A stretch of 64,000 nt of DNA from Isurus oxyrinchus (GCA_026770705.1 JANJGN010000028.1:11284001-11348000); one strand, 5' to 3'. Positions 1-13,256 are shown, counted from the stretch's first letter. Notes: generated from the letters alone by a model not told the origin. Numbers and translations are program-made.

Positions 1-331
1 AAAAATATAGTCTGAGGTCTTAGCTTCGTCACAGCCAACATGGCAGGAATATATTCGATTCAGTTTATTGTATTTTTTAGAAAATAAATCAGTAAGAAAA
101 TGATCAATCCACTTTAATAGTTACAAATCATTAAACTGTTCAGTTTTAAAAAACTTTCTGCTATGCCATGCTGAGATATGGATCTAACAAGTACTGTGGT
201 ACATGTGTGCCTCATAACCAAAGAGCAGGCATTAAAAAAAGACTCTTTACTTCTCTATATATTTTTAAATAAATTGAAGGAAACTATTGTTAACAGATCA
301 TTTTACAAATTAAGAAATAGTTCCATAATAC

Positions 332-457
332 CTTCACAGCTGATCAGTTGATCATTATATTGAAACCCCATGGGACATTCACATCGGAAGCTTCCAAGTT
401 GATTAATGCATACACCATTAGCACAAATACCAGGAATCCAACGGCATTCGTCAATGT
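332..457 (-). CDS. FBN1: Fibrillin exon, cbEGF25 ([42 protein letters not shown])
   Basis: 126 bp, AG/GT, cbEGF consensus. Confidence 0.9.
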
Positions 458-579
458 CTGCAAGGAAGTATATGTACAGATTAAATTTGCAAACACGTTT
501 ATATATAACATGTCTAGCTATATTTTTCTCTGTTCGCTAACATTAGCAAAATGTTGGTGCAACTTTGTACATGACTTTC

Positions 580-3500
580 ACTCCAGGGTGAGTTAGAATG
601 CTTTGAATATTCCAGTACCAGCTTCAATGGAGATGACGACAGATTTAGAAAATGAATTGGAAATTTTTCCAGTCACAATGGCAGAATTATGAAATTGCCA
701 CAGAGTTAAACAAGAATCCTGAACAAATAAGAGTAGCAACTCTGTTATTAGCGCTGGGGAAATACAGCTACAAGCTGCATTGCACCCTAGACCTCAATGA
801 GGAGCAGAAAAGGCAGTCTTGTGAAATTTTTGAGGTTTTGAAGACTCACTTTTAACCCTCTACTAATGTTATTTATGAACATTACATGTTCAACACTGGA
901 ATTCAGGAAGGGGGGAGAATATTGATCAGTACGTGACTGTACTAATCTAGCTGAATCTTGTGAGTTTAAGCAACTGAACCATGATCTGATTAGAGATAGG
1001 ATTGTCTTAGGAACAAGAGATCTTGCTGCGAGAGCATGTCTGCGAAAGCATGTCTGTTGAGAAAAGAGAAACTGACTCTTAAGAAAGTTACTGACATGCA
1101 GAAACTCTGAAGAGGTCAATTATCAACTGAAGAGTGCTAATGGGAGAACTGATGAGGGCTTTGCACAATGCTGAAAGGCAGTTCAGGCCATCTAAGCACT
1201 AGAAAATGTAGAAAAGGAAGAACTATTTACAGAATGCCAGTAGAAAGGTCAAAGCCAGAGAGTACTGCATGTAAATGTTGCAGAGGACACTACAAAAGAG
1301 AAAAGGAAGCATGTCCAGCATGGGGAAAGCAGTGCTCTAACTGCAAGAAGCTGAATCACCTTGCATGCAAGTGCTGGAAAGAATAAAAGCAAGCCTGTAA
1401 AGATGGTTGTTGGAGAGATGTTGGACGATGATTCTGATGAATCATTCCACATCCTAGAACAGGTTGGCACCATCAAATATCAAAGTAAAAAAGTGTTTGT
1501 GGCTATTGGAATGATGACTGAAGGAGAGCATCAAGTTAATGTGAAATGTCAGATAGACACCGGTGCTACATGGAACATTATGGAACATTTGCAGACCTGT
1601 GTGACGATGTTCAAGATGGTGACCTGAAAATGAAGTCCTCGAAGGTAAAGTTGAGGCTTTATAATGAAATGATGCTCACCCAAGAGAACAAACTAAGCTC
1701 ACAGTCCAATGCAATAAGAACGAAGATGAACTACAGTTCCAGACAGTAGACAATAAACAAAAGCCCCTCATCTCAGCTGAAACAAGTCAAGAGCCTGGGC
1801 TGGTAACCCTGCATGTACCAGAAGAGATTTGCAGTATTTCGCATGACGCAAAGCCATTGACTGCTGAACAGTCCTTGACAAATTAAAATATGTTTTCAGA
1901 AGTTTTGGATGTCTTTCTGACGAATGTCATCTTGAAGTAGGTGGGAGTATGAGAACAACGCAGTATCTTCCAAGGAGAGTTCCAGCTGTCCTAAAGTCCA
2001 GCCTTAAAGACAAGATAGAGGAGCTTGAATAGATGGGAGTAAATTGTCTTATGAGGAAAGGCTACACAGATTGGACTGGTTTCCAATGGAGTTTAGAAGT
2101 GTGTGGGGTGACTTAATTGAAGTATATAAGATCCTGAAAGGTATTGACAAGGTGGATGTGGAAAGGATGTTTCCTCTGATGTCCAGAACTAGGGGGCACT
2201 GTTTTAAAATTAGGGGTTGCCCTTTTAGGACAGATGTGGGGAGAATTTTTTTCTCTCAGAGGGTTGTGCAACTTTAGAACTCTCTGCCTTTGAAGGCACT
2301 GGAGGCAAGGTCATTGAATTTTTTTAAGGCACAGGTAGATAGATTCTTGTTAGGCAAGGGAATCAAACGTTATCGGGGTAGATGGGAATGTGGAATTCAA
2401 AATACAAACAGATCAGCCATAATCTTATTTGAATGGCGGAGCAGGCTTAAGGGGCTGAATGGCCTACTTCGACTCCTATTTTGTATGTTCATAAGAAAGT
2501 GACAACTCCTACATACTGGATTAGCAGCATGTTAAGCTGAGAGTGTGCATATATCCAAAAGACCTTAATAAAGCTTTGAAGAGAACTCACTACCACATGT
2601 CAGTCATTGAAGAAACGTTGCTGCAACTTACCAAGAAAAAGATCTTTACCACCCTAGATGAGAAGAATGGATACTGGCAAGTGAAGTTGGATGAAAGCAG
2701 CAGATTTCTGACTACGTGCTGGATGGCATCTGGGAGTACAGGTGGTGCATGCCATTCAGCATTTCTACAGTTCCAGAAGAGTGTCAACACAGACAGCATG
2801 AGATAGTCAACGATCTTCCAGGAATGGAAGCAATCATGCATGATCTGCTAGTTTATGGATGTGGGGATAGGATGGAAGAAGCCATTGCAGACCATATTCA
2901 GAATCTAGTGAGACTGCTAGACAGAGCTTGACAGTTGAATCTGAAGCTGAACAAGAAAAAACTGCAACTGAAGATCACTTAAATCAAGTACAAAGGTCAT
3001 GTACTGACAGTGAAAGGGCTTCGCCATAATCCTGATAATGTGTGAGTTGTAGCAGCGATGCAGCAATCAAGAGACATGAAGGCAGTAGACAATGATTTGT
3101 TGGATTTGTGAACTGCTTAGCAAAATTCTTGCCCAATTTGCCATCAGGATGTGAACTTCTATGCAAGTTCACTGCAAAGGATGTTCAGTGGTATTGGCGC
3201 ACAGAAGCAGCAGCAGCCTTCACTCACTTCAAACATCTAGTGAATACAATGCCAGTGCTGAGGTATTGAAACGCCAGGGAAACAGGACTTGGAGCCGTAT
3301 ACCGCAAGGACAATCAGCTGCATTTACATCCAGAGTGTTAACAAAAACCGAATGATGCTTCACACAGATTGAGAAAGAGTGCCTGTCTGCTCGTGAACAT
3401 TTTCATCAGTACATGTTTGGGAGACAAAAAGTGATGGTAGAGTCTGACCACAAGCCACTTCAAAGCAGTTTCTCAAACCGCTTCTATATTCTCCGAAGCA

Positions 3501-3630
3501 CCTGTAAAGGATGTTACTTAATTTGCAGAGATATCATTTGGAAGTGAAATACAAGCAAGGAAAGCAGATGTACATCACTGGCATGCTGTCAAGAGCTGCA
3601 CTCCCTTTGAAGGAAATTGATGATGCTACT
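580..3630 (+). mobile_element. Decayed Ty3/Gypsy LTR retrotransposon gag-pol; resumes at 7787-7872
   Basis: Gag N-terminus (NWKFFQSQWQNYEIAT), zinc knuckle (CPAWGKQCSNCKKLNH), protease (CQIDTGAT), RT (DLNKALKRTHY, GYWQVKLD, MPFSIS..PE) and RNase H fragments, with many stops and frameshifts. No LTRs recognised. Confidence 0.85.
2043..2490 (+). mobile_element. 5'-truncated CR1 LINE 3' end inserted in Gypsy RT
   Basis: SYEERL..L...EFR...GDLIEVYKILKG C-terminal motif and a 3' tail ending gtatgttc. The Gypsy reading (..GV|IRKV..) resumes after it. Confidence 0.85.
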
Positions 3631-6600
3631 TGTCAGGAAGATGTACTTTATGCCAAATAATGTTTTTGAATTCACTGGCTGGAAAGCTGAATTGAACTTT
3701 TAAACAGACTTTTAAAAACAAAGACACTAAAGTGATCTGAGCTCAGTTCAAAATGGCTAATTCCAATTTGCATTACTATACGTTCCACATTCCAATTCAC
3801 TGGAATGGAGTCAGTCTGTCTGTAAAAAACCATCAAAGACTCATGTGAAGGACTCGCAACTCTTGTTTCATTAGCAACACGTCAATAGCAATCATCTGAG
3901 GTATTCAACTTCTGGAAACCAACATTAAGACTAATCGCTTGGACAATGGGACCTGGGCTAAATCAGCTTCCAGACATGAACTAATCAAGTCCCCTTTGGA
4001 ATACATGGACAATGTCTTTTCTTTGAATCATCCCGGCAACTGGAGAAGGAAGGTCAAATGACAAATCAACTCTTTGGATGTTTTAAGCACATGTTTTCTC
4101 AGCAGAACTGATGTCAAGCAGTTTAGGGAGAAGACCCAAGGGGGGTCCCTGCTGGCTCCTTTTTCACTAATCCACCTGGTAAGCTTCAAGTCCTGTTTGC
4201 TGACTGATCATCCAGGGATGCCTTGCTACAGACAGAGATTCCTTAAAAGAATCCAACTAAGCACTACCATCTCCCGAAGAACAACCAACTCAGTCACCTA
4301 CATCTTAAATTGAAATCCTCAAGACCATCGATTTCAATCTGAAGCCAGCCAAACTACAGACTGTATACTCTTTCACATTTTTATAGGCTCTAATTTGGCC
4401 AACCTATCCTTCCCCACCCTGTAATCTTTATGCATATGGACTTAAAAGTATGCGAGAGCTGGGGAAAAGAGGTCCTGGAGGCAGTGACCACCATCTAGAA
4501 CAGTGGGCGAAAAGAGGACCAGGAGGCATTCAACAGCACCTAGAAGAGCAGGCAAAAAGAGGACCCAGAGCAGTAATCATCACCTAGAAGAGCTATCCAA
4601 TCCATTGCAGTCTGTGGCTTGAGAGTGGAGTGGCCATGTTCAGACAGAAAGCAAAGTGTGACATCACAAGAAAACAGATAAGGGATTGGTTGGTGAACAT
4701 TTTGCACGTTGATCTTCAAAACTCACGTAATTTATAAGTAATTGCATGGTTTTATTAGTTGTAACATTTACTAGCCATAGTAAAGATTATTGGGAGTAGC
4801 AGTGATTATTAATTATAAATTAATTATGAATACACTAATTAACACATAATAAAGATGGCAGGGCAGGTGATGTGTTATGACTGCAGAATGTGAGAGTTCC
4901 TGGACACTGGGGTGATCCAGCGCAAACAGGTCTGCAGTAAGTCTCTGTGGTTGAGGTGCTTCAACTCAGAGTCATTGAGCTGGAGGCTGAGCTGCAGACA
5001 CTATGATGCATCAGGGAGGGGGAAAGTTACCTGGATATTTTGTACCAGGAGGCAGTCACATTCCTTATGATAGGGCCTTCTGAATTGGTCAGTAGTCGGG
5101 GAAAGGAGGGTGTGATTGTGAGTGAGACAGGTATGTGACCCAGAATATAGAAGTGGAGGAGTCTCAGCCCTTGCAATTGTCCAACAGGTTCGAGATTCTT
5201 GCACTTTTATGAATGAAAGTGGCAGCTATAGGGTGGATAAGCAAACTGACCATGGAACTATGGAATAAGAAGCGATTCAAACAGGGGGAGTTAATAGGAA
5301 TGTAGTCATATTTGGGGAGAGTGTAGTCAGAGGAATAAACACAGTTTTCTGTAGCCGAAGCAGGAGTCCAGATGGCTGTGTTGCCTGCCCAGTGCCAGGG
5401 TTTGGGACATCTGCTCTGGGCTGGATAGGAACTTGCAGTGGGAGGGGGAGGATCCAGTGATCGTGGTTCATGCAGGTATCAACACATAGGCAGAACTAGG
5501 AAAGAGATTCTGCTGAGTATGAGCATCTAGAGGTTAAATTAAATAGCAGAACCTCAAAGGTAATAATCTCTGGATTACTACCTGAGCCACGAGCAAATTG
5601 GCGTAAGGTACATCCGATTAGAGAGTTAAATGAGTGGCTCAAAGATTGGTGTGGAAGAAGTGGGTTTCGACTCTAGGGAAAGGACACACCATTTGTGGCT
5701 AACTAGAGAAATTAAAAATAATTGAAACAAAAAGCGTATAATTCTGCAAGTATGATTGGCAGGTCAGAAGATTAGACAGAATATAAAGTACAGCAAAGAA
5801 TGGCTAAAAGATTAATAAGGAGGGAGAAATTAGAGTATATGAGAAAGCTAGCTAGAAATTATGGGCAGAAAGTAAGAGTTTCTTAAGGTATTTAAAAAGG
5901 GAAAGTGTAAGGAAAGTGAGCATTGGGCCTCTTGAGAGTGAGAATAGGGAATTAATAATGGAAAATAAGGAAATGGCAAATGAATTGAAAAGATATTTTG
6001 AGTCTGTCTTCACTGCAGAGGATACAAATAACATCCCAGAAATAATTGTAAATCAGGAGGTGAAAGGTAGAGAGGATATTAAAACCATTAAAATCAACAG
6101 GGAAAGGGTACTGATAAAATTATTAGAGCTAAAAGCTAACATGTCCTGATGGACTTCATCCTAGAGTCTTAAAAGTGGTTTTAATTTGCCAAAATTCCCT
6201 AGATTCGGAAAGGTTCCATCAGATTGGAAAATAGCGAATGTGATTCCTCTATTCAAGAAAGGAATGAGACAGAAAGCAGGAAACTTCAGGCCAATTGGCT
6301 TAACATCTGTCATAGGAAATCACTAAGGAGGTTATAGTGGCTCACTTAGAAAATCTCAATGTAATCAAGTAAAGTCAATGAATTAGAGTGGTTTTGTGAA
6401 AAGGAAATCATGTTTGACTAATTTTTGGAATTCCTTGAGGAAGTAACAAGAAATGTGGATAAAGGGGAACCTCTGGATGTGCTTAGATTTCCAGAAGGCA
6501 TTTGACAAGGCTCCACATCAAAGTTTACTGTGCAAAATAAAAGTTCATGGTCTCGGTGGTAACACAATAGCAGGGATAGAGGATTGATTAGCGAACAGGA

Positions 6601-7786
6601 AGCAGAGAATCTTTTTAAATGCATCTTTTTTGGGTTGGCAAGATGTGATGAGTGGAGTGCCACAGATTTGGTGCTGGGCCTTCAACTATTTACAATTTAT
6701 ATTAATGACTTAGATGAAGGGACCGAATGTATGGTTGCTAAATATGCCGATGACATAAAGCTAGTAGGAAAGTAAGTTGTGAAGGGGACATAAGGATTCT
6801 GCAAAGGGACATTGATAGGTTAAGTGAGTGGTAAAGAAAAAAATGATCAGATGGAGTATAATGTGGGAAAATGTGAACTTTCCCACTTTGGCAGGAAGAA
6901 TAGAAAAGCAGGAAATTATTTAAATGGAGACAGATTGCCGAACTCTGAGGTACAGGGGGATCACAGAAAGTCAGCAAGTGATTAGGAAGGCAAATGGAAT
7001 GTTGTCGTTTATTGCAAAGGGAATGGAATATAAAAGGATACAAATACGTTAGAAGCAGTTCAGAGAAGGTTCATTCAACTGATATTTGGTATGGGGAAGT
7101 TATCTTATGAAGAAAGATTGGACAGGCTGGGCCTGTATCCTTTGGAGTTTAGAAGACTAAGAGGTGATCTCACTGAAACATACAATATCTTGAAAGGGGG
7201 GATGCCGAAAGGCTGCTTCCCCTTGTGGGAAAGGATAGAACCAGGGGACACAGTTTAAAAATAAGGGGTCTCCCATTTAGTTCAGAGATGAGAAGAATTT
7301 TTTCTCTCAGTGGTCCGTGATTCTTTGGAACTCTCTTCCCCAGAGAGCAGTGGAGGAAAGGTCAATGAATATTTTTAAGGCAGAGGTAGATAGATTCTTG
7401 ACTAACAAGGGAATCAAAGATTATCGGGGATAGGCAGAATGTGGGGTTGAGGCCACAATCAGATCAGCCATGATAATACTGGATGGCAGAATAGGCTTGA
7501 TGGGCCAAATGGCTTACTTCTGCTTCTAATTCGTATGTTTGTATGCAAGTTGGTGCATATTTTATTATTTTACTTAGATTGGTTTAAGTATAATTAACCT
7601 CTTTCTTTGTTAAACTCAAGAAAACCTGCCTTATTGGTTATTTTACGATTGCAGCGCATAAACAATTAAGTACTAACTGAATTGGCAAGTATAGCCTCTC
7701 CAAACCAAAAAAAAAAACCTATTGTGGTCAAAGAAGAAAAGGGCAAAGAGGAGAGCCATTCGACCCCTCCCCACCTGGTCGTAGCA
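3631..7786 (-). mobile_element. Solo LTR (two parts, 3631-~4455 and ~7541-7786) inserted in Gypsy pol and split by a CR1
   Basis: Termini TGTCAGG...GTAGCA, flanked by tact/tagt (4-bp TSD, 1 mismatch). Removing it restores the Gypsy frame (IDDASTVCEIF). Orientation inferred. Confidence 0.6.
4456..7540 (+). mobile_element. Near-full-length CR1 LINE (5'UTR, ORF1 zinc finger plus SGNH esterase, ORF2 RT) with an internal deletion
   Basis: ORF1 MAGQVMCYDC... at 4855 and esterase motifs at ~5300-5670. ORF2 RT fragments (KSCLTN, YINDLDEG, KYADDIKL) and a 3' tail. Candidate TSD gtatgcga / gtatgcaa. Confidence 0.85.
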
Positions 7787-7872
7787 TAGTACAGTATGTG
7801 AAATCTTCTAGATTCAACGAGAAGGAATAGCACGATATGCTCTGGAAGTCACCAATCCAGCAGAGACACATT

Positions 7873-10800
7873 AGGCGGAATTTTCCTATCGCACCCGCGG
7901 CGGGTTTTGTGGTGGCTGGAGCAGAGAATCCAGGGTAGGCAAAAAGTCGGAAATCCATCAGTGTAAAAACAGTTTGTAATTCTCCAGATGGCGGGTTGGT
8001 TATCCCGCTGGCCAGTGATGTGAATGCATTTACATTCATTAAAATCTCATGAATGCTTATTAAAACAGCTGGTAACAGGAATCTTGTCAAGCCTTCTAAT
8101 CTTGCTTCAAGCTAGCGGGAAATTACGTCAGCCTCAAACCCGTTTGAAAAGGAGGGTATGCACAAGTCGGGCTTCAGTTTGCCTGTAACTTTGAGGTGAG
8201 TACAACATACATAGCCTATCTGCCATAGCGCTGCACCGGTCTTGTTGAGATGAATGCCAGAAAGCTGGGGCTTTAGGGTTAGTCTGTCCTGCTCTTTGGC
8301 TATGTTGTCCCAGAGAACACGACTGTGCTGTGGTACTCATGCAGGCCTCTATTTTCAGACAGTGGTCAGTACTGCGGTGGGGTTGGACAGTGCAAGGGTC
8401 TTCTACTCCGGTGGCTGAGACTGTTGTCCACAAGGGCATCACCGTGTAGTGGTAGTCAGGCAGAACTGCACTTTCATCCAGGGGTGGGCTGTGAGGCAAG
8501 GGTGGGGATGAGGAACACAAGGTGGGCAATGGAGAAGGAAGGCTGTGGAATGGCAGTGAGGTGGGGGGAAGGGTGAACATGAGTGGGCCTTTCTGGGGTC
8601 ACTCTCTAACTTGTTGCTGCAAAAGTGAACAGGAGTCTGCCCAGAAAGGAGGAAGACCTCCTTGCGATGAAAGCCACTGAAAAAGGCCAACGGCTTCGTT
8701 TACATCACAGTTGCTGCATCTCAAGAGTAATGCGTAGGAATTTAGAATTTGGGAATGCAGCAGTAGTGAAGGAGGCATAGCTGCATCATATATGGCATTC
8801 CATCAATGAAGGCCTGTCACGTGTTCACCAGATTTGATGTTCCTAATGGGCCAAAGAGCATCCACTCATTGACCCTGAGTATCTGATTGGTCATTAATAC
8901 GTCATATTGGAGATTGGAGCACAGAGCTAAGTTGGGTCACTCATCATAATTAAATCTTAGCATCCCATGCAGGGATCAAGACGTTACATATCTGTGATAC
9001 CATCTCAGCCACCTCGATGTGTGTGCTAGTGTCTCAGGGACAATGCAGCATCAGCCACCATGCAAGTAGAGCAGGAAAAACTATGGACCCTTACAGTTTC
9101 CACACATTTCATCTTCTGAGCTTCATTTTCTTTCCCCTTGAATCATTAATCCCTTCAATGTTTTCTTTCAGAGAGGAGGCCAAAGCACATATGGGTCCAG
9201 GGCTCAATGTTGCCTTTGTCAGGGTCCTAAATGCAATGGTGGAGATGAAGGAGACAAAGGAGATGCTGCACTCAGCTCCAGCAGGAGGCCACACTTGACG
9301 GACACAGTCAAGCAGAGCCAGAGCATGAACAGGAATATCAGGAGAAGCCCAGGCAACGGAGGTGAATCGCCAGACTTATGGTTTATTGTGGAAGAGTATC
9401 CTATTTACAAATGAGTAAGAGGCAATGCCATGCACATCTGCACTTGTCCCGAGCTCTGGTACAACACATATGCCACATTCTTCGTGAAGACCTGATGCCA
9501 CGTAGAATTGGAGGGCATCCCCTGCCAGTGGCCTTGAAGGTGACTGCAGCGCTCAATTTCTTTGCCTCTGGGTCTATCCATGGATCAACAGGGGACATGT
9601 GCGGCATCTCTCAGTCTGCAACACATGATGCATAAAGGAAGTCACAGATGTCCTTGACAAGAAGGTCCATCATTATGTCAGGTATTCTCTGGACAGAGGT
9701 AGCCAGGCTGCGAGATTCACTGGCTTTGCTGCCATCTCAGGCTTTCTAAGGGTACAGGGTGCAATAGACTGCACCCATGTGGCTATAACAGGCTCAATGG
9801 CAGCAGCCCCTAATGTTCATAAACTGCAAAGGCCACCATTCCATCGATGTACAACTGGTGTGTGATCATCAGAAGCGCATATTGCATGTTTGTGCATGAT
9901 ACCCAGGGAGCTGCTGTGACTCCTACATCTTGAGTCACCCCCTGGTACCTGAGATTTTCAAGGAGTCATTACCTCTGCAGGGGTGGATGTTTGGGGATAA
10001 GGGGTACCCACTGAAACGTTGGCTGATGACAGTGGTGCATGCCCTCAGAATTGTTCTGAGGACAGGTAGAACACTGTTCACTGCTCCACATGCTCCATTA
10101 TAGAGCGGACCATAGGGCTTCTGAAGATGTGCTTCAGATACTTGGACTGCTCTGGTGGCTCACTACAATACACTCCTGATAGGGTTTCCCACATCATCGC
10201 AGTGTGTAGTGCCTTTCGCAATCCAGAAATGCAAAGGGGTGAACCCCTGGCAGAGGATGAACTGGGGGAGGATGAGAGCTCATCGGAGAATGAAAAGCCA
10301 GAGGCCCAGGAACCTCAGGAGGCTGCTGAGGGTCGGTATGAGCACGATGATGCCATGGAGGAAGGAAGATGTGGGAGACATGTCCATGATACATTAATTG
10401 CTGACAGGTTCCAGGAAGAGTAAAGTTAAGTAGCCACATCTCTGCTAGCCCTCAATGTCATTCCCTTTCATCTCAGCCACTTGCAAACGAGAATGAGTCC
10501 TGCATCCACACTTGTGCATTCTGGCCTCATGAATCGCCAACCATGATCTCTGCTTTGGTCAGTGATGCCCTGTGAGTGAGCACATTCTGAGAACTGAAAG
10601 TAAACAGAGGAACAAGAGTGATGTGGGAGAAGACTTTGCCGCCATCTAATGATGCAAACACTTATGCGATTCAAGTGTGGATATGCCTGGGAATTTCCTC
10701 CCCAGTGCATGTCTTGTCTTCTGCCACTACCACTGAGGAGACACAAATGTTGCTAGAATATCAATGCTGATAAGCTGCCCTCACTCAAAGCTGTTCCTTG

Positions 10801-11727
10801 AGGAAAAAAAGGTTAGAAACGCTTATATTACACACTACAAATAAAGATTTAAACACATCACCTTGACATCACACAAAGGTGTGGAGACGAGTTATATTGA
10901 GGTTGACATCACAGGAATGTTAATCTCACAGTGGGACACTATCACTGAGTGGCAGGATGGCTAAACCTCAAAATAAGAAGATGCCAAAGTACAAACTAAC
11001 AATGTCTTCAGTTGTCCAAAACATTCACATAAACATCAAATATATTCACAAAAGTGCAATTTCTTTACATGTATAGCACACCTGTGACCCAAAAGTAACG
11101 TCAATTTTCCTAACCCTACCACTATGCCTGGGTGCAGCCCTGACATCAGCAGTAGAGGTGGAGGCAGCCTGCTGACTGCTAGGACCTGATGTCTGCGATG
11201 ACCTTGGCAGACGTTCTCTGGTGGCCCAAGGCCTGGAGGGCCCCAGCCTGATAAGGGTCACCTGCTCAAGGGCAGAAGCGCCCTCGGTGGCCTGAGAAGC
11301 TGGAGTGGAATGGAGGTTTCCTAAAGCAAATAAACATTAAATAAAAACTTTATTTTGGAATTAAAACATATCTCATCTCATGTGACAGAGTCACATGAGA
11401 TGGGACATGTTTTTAAATTTTTTTTTATTGTCTTTATTAATTTTTTTCAAAAAGCGCTTCAATCTCCCTGAGGCAGCTTGGTGCCTCAGAGAGATCGAAG
11501 TGCTCTTTTGCGCACATGCTCGAACTGTGCGCCAGGTCCATTCTCCCTCCTCCCCCTGCCCGCACAGGTAGTGCTGGGCGCTGCCGCTCGCAGTCCACGC
11601 AGGGCGGGCCTTAATTGGCCTATCTGCGTGAAATTGCGGTTTGGAGCCGACTGCGGGTGGCAGTCGGCTTCCCGACAGCCTCCGCCTGCTCCCGCCGAGA
11701 CTGCCTGATGAGGGAAAAATTCTGGCC
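7873..11727 (+). mobile_element. PIF/Harbinger DNA transposon, decayed and probably chimeric
   Basis: TIR-like ends aggcggaattttcc / ggaaaaattctggcc, with ATT on both flanks. Contains a HARBI1-type transposase remnant. Confidence 0.75.
9378..10423 (+). pseudogene. Harbinger (HARBI1-like, DDE_Tnp_4) transposase remnant
   Basis: KVTAALNFFASGS, GAIDCTHV, KGHHSIDVQLVCD, GDKGYPL and IERTIGLLKMCFR motifs, interrupted by frameshifts and stops. Confidence 0.88.
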
Positions 11728-11854
11728 ATTATTTTTGCTGGAAGCAGTGAACTCAGGAAATTTTGCTATGTTTATTCTGTCACCGATACCAATTAAATCT
11801 TTCAATGTAACTCATTATAAACTTCTGAATTTCAAACACAAAAAAATCTCTTAC

Positions 11855-11923
11855 CAACTGGTTGTCCACTTATGTCAATAATATAGCCAGGGGTCCGACT
11901 CCCGCAGAGAAACATAAATTCAT
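11855..11923 (-). CDS. FBN1: Fibrillin exon, TB5 C-terminal part (DEFMFLCGSRTPGYIIDISGQPV)
   Basis: 69 bp, CAG acceptor, GTAAGA donor, frame preserved. Confidence 0.85.
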
Positions 11924-12021
11924 CTGAAACATGATTCAGCATAGATATTGTCAATATACTATACACATCATGAATTCTAATTCTAGTTGTAAATGCCTTA
12001 ACTTGATACATACAACCATAC

Positions 12022-12180
12022 CTGTGACAGGAAGAGGACACTGTTCACATGGCCTGTTCCAAGCTTTCCCAATCATGTATGAACAGCAGCACAGCTTCTT
12101 TGTCATATTAAAGGCCAGCTCGCCATCACATGTACCATTTTTAGTGTCAAAATACTTGAAGCAGAAGCTCTTTCTATTAT
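12022..12180 (-). CDS. FBN1: Fibrillin exon, TB5 N-terminal part ([53 protein letters not shown])
   Basis: 159 bp, AG/GT, TB motif. TCDGEL.FNMTKK is FBN1-like. Confidence 0.9.
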
Positions 12181-12308
12181 CTGTAGATTAAAAGGATAAA
12201 ACTTGTCACAAAGCTAAAAGGTTATAGTTAAACACAACTGAACTCAGTTGACTGAAAAAAATGTTTGCAGCTTCTTAATATCCTCCTGACTGGTTGATGA
12301 ATGCTTAC

Positions 12309-12434
12309 CCATACAGTTGTTTCCACCATTAACCTGCATATAATCTGGTGGACAAATGCAGGTATAATTTCCTACCGTGTTGAAACAAGTACCAGGACCA
12401 CAAATGCCGGGTGAAGTACTGCACTCATTAAGAT
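12309..12434 (-). CDS. FBN1: Fibrillin exon, cbEGF24 ([42 protein letters not shown])
   Basis: 126 bp, [30 protein letters not shown] is FBN1-like. Confidence 0.92.
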
Positions 12435-13256
12435 CTGGAACAAAGCAGATAAACAAAAGTTTTGGAAGATAACAGTAAGATTTTCTTTCTTGAAAAAATA
12501 ACAAATTGAGATCAGTGCTATAGATTTTCTCATTCCTAGCATTTCATTTTATTTAACATTACAAATACTAAAATGCGAATGGAATACAAATACCCTGATC
12601 TCAATGGAAAGGTTATATCTGGGCAGCGTATACCATGGATCAACTGCTGAAAGATCCATCCCCAGTGTCAAAATTAATTGCTCAGATCAGAATAAACCTT
12701 GTGCTACTCCGACCTTAACTCCAACTTCTGTCGGGTCAGTGTAAATTTTTCCACTCCCAAAGCAAAATTGATAGTTTGGCGGCAGTTATGAGAAGTCATG
12801 TGAGAGCAGCTTACACACATAGTGGGTTTACAGTATCCAATTTCATTTCATGAAGGGTCCTTACATGTTGTTGAAAGTGAGTTTATCCATGTTATTGTGT
12901 AAAGAAGGGTTTCTTAAAGGGGCAGGTCAAGCACTTACCTGAACATAATTTGGATAAATGCCTGACACAGTAATATTCCTGGCTACATGAGTATTTGAAA
13001 TTAGCAATAATCAGCATCCTCTTGTTCTGGCTCTGATGTTGACACGGGATGGATTTTTCAATGGTTCTCCACTAAGAGTAGTTATCTTTGCAAAGTGTCA
13101 ATAGTCATGGCAGAAGAGAGTTGTCCCGGTCCCTGGGAAGCCATCCTTCTAGTCACCAGGTGTCTTCAAATATGCCTGGCACTGGTTGATATGTGTTTCT
13201 GCCTGAAAGTAGCCACTTGACCGCATGATGTGCTCATCGCAGTCACACATTATATA

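Noticed and set aside
9378-10423. Domesticated HARBI1 gene
   Set aside because: Multiple stops and frameshifts and flanking TIRs indicate a dead transposon copy.
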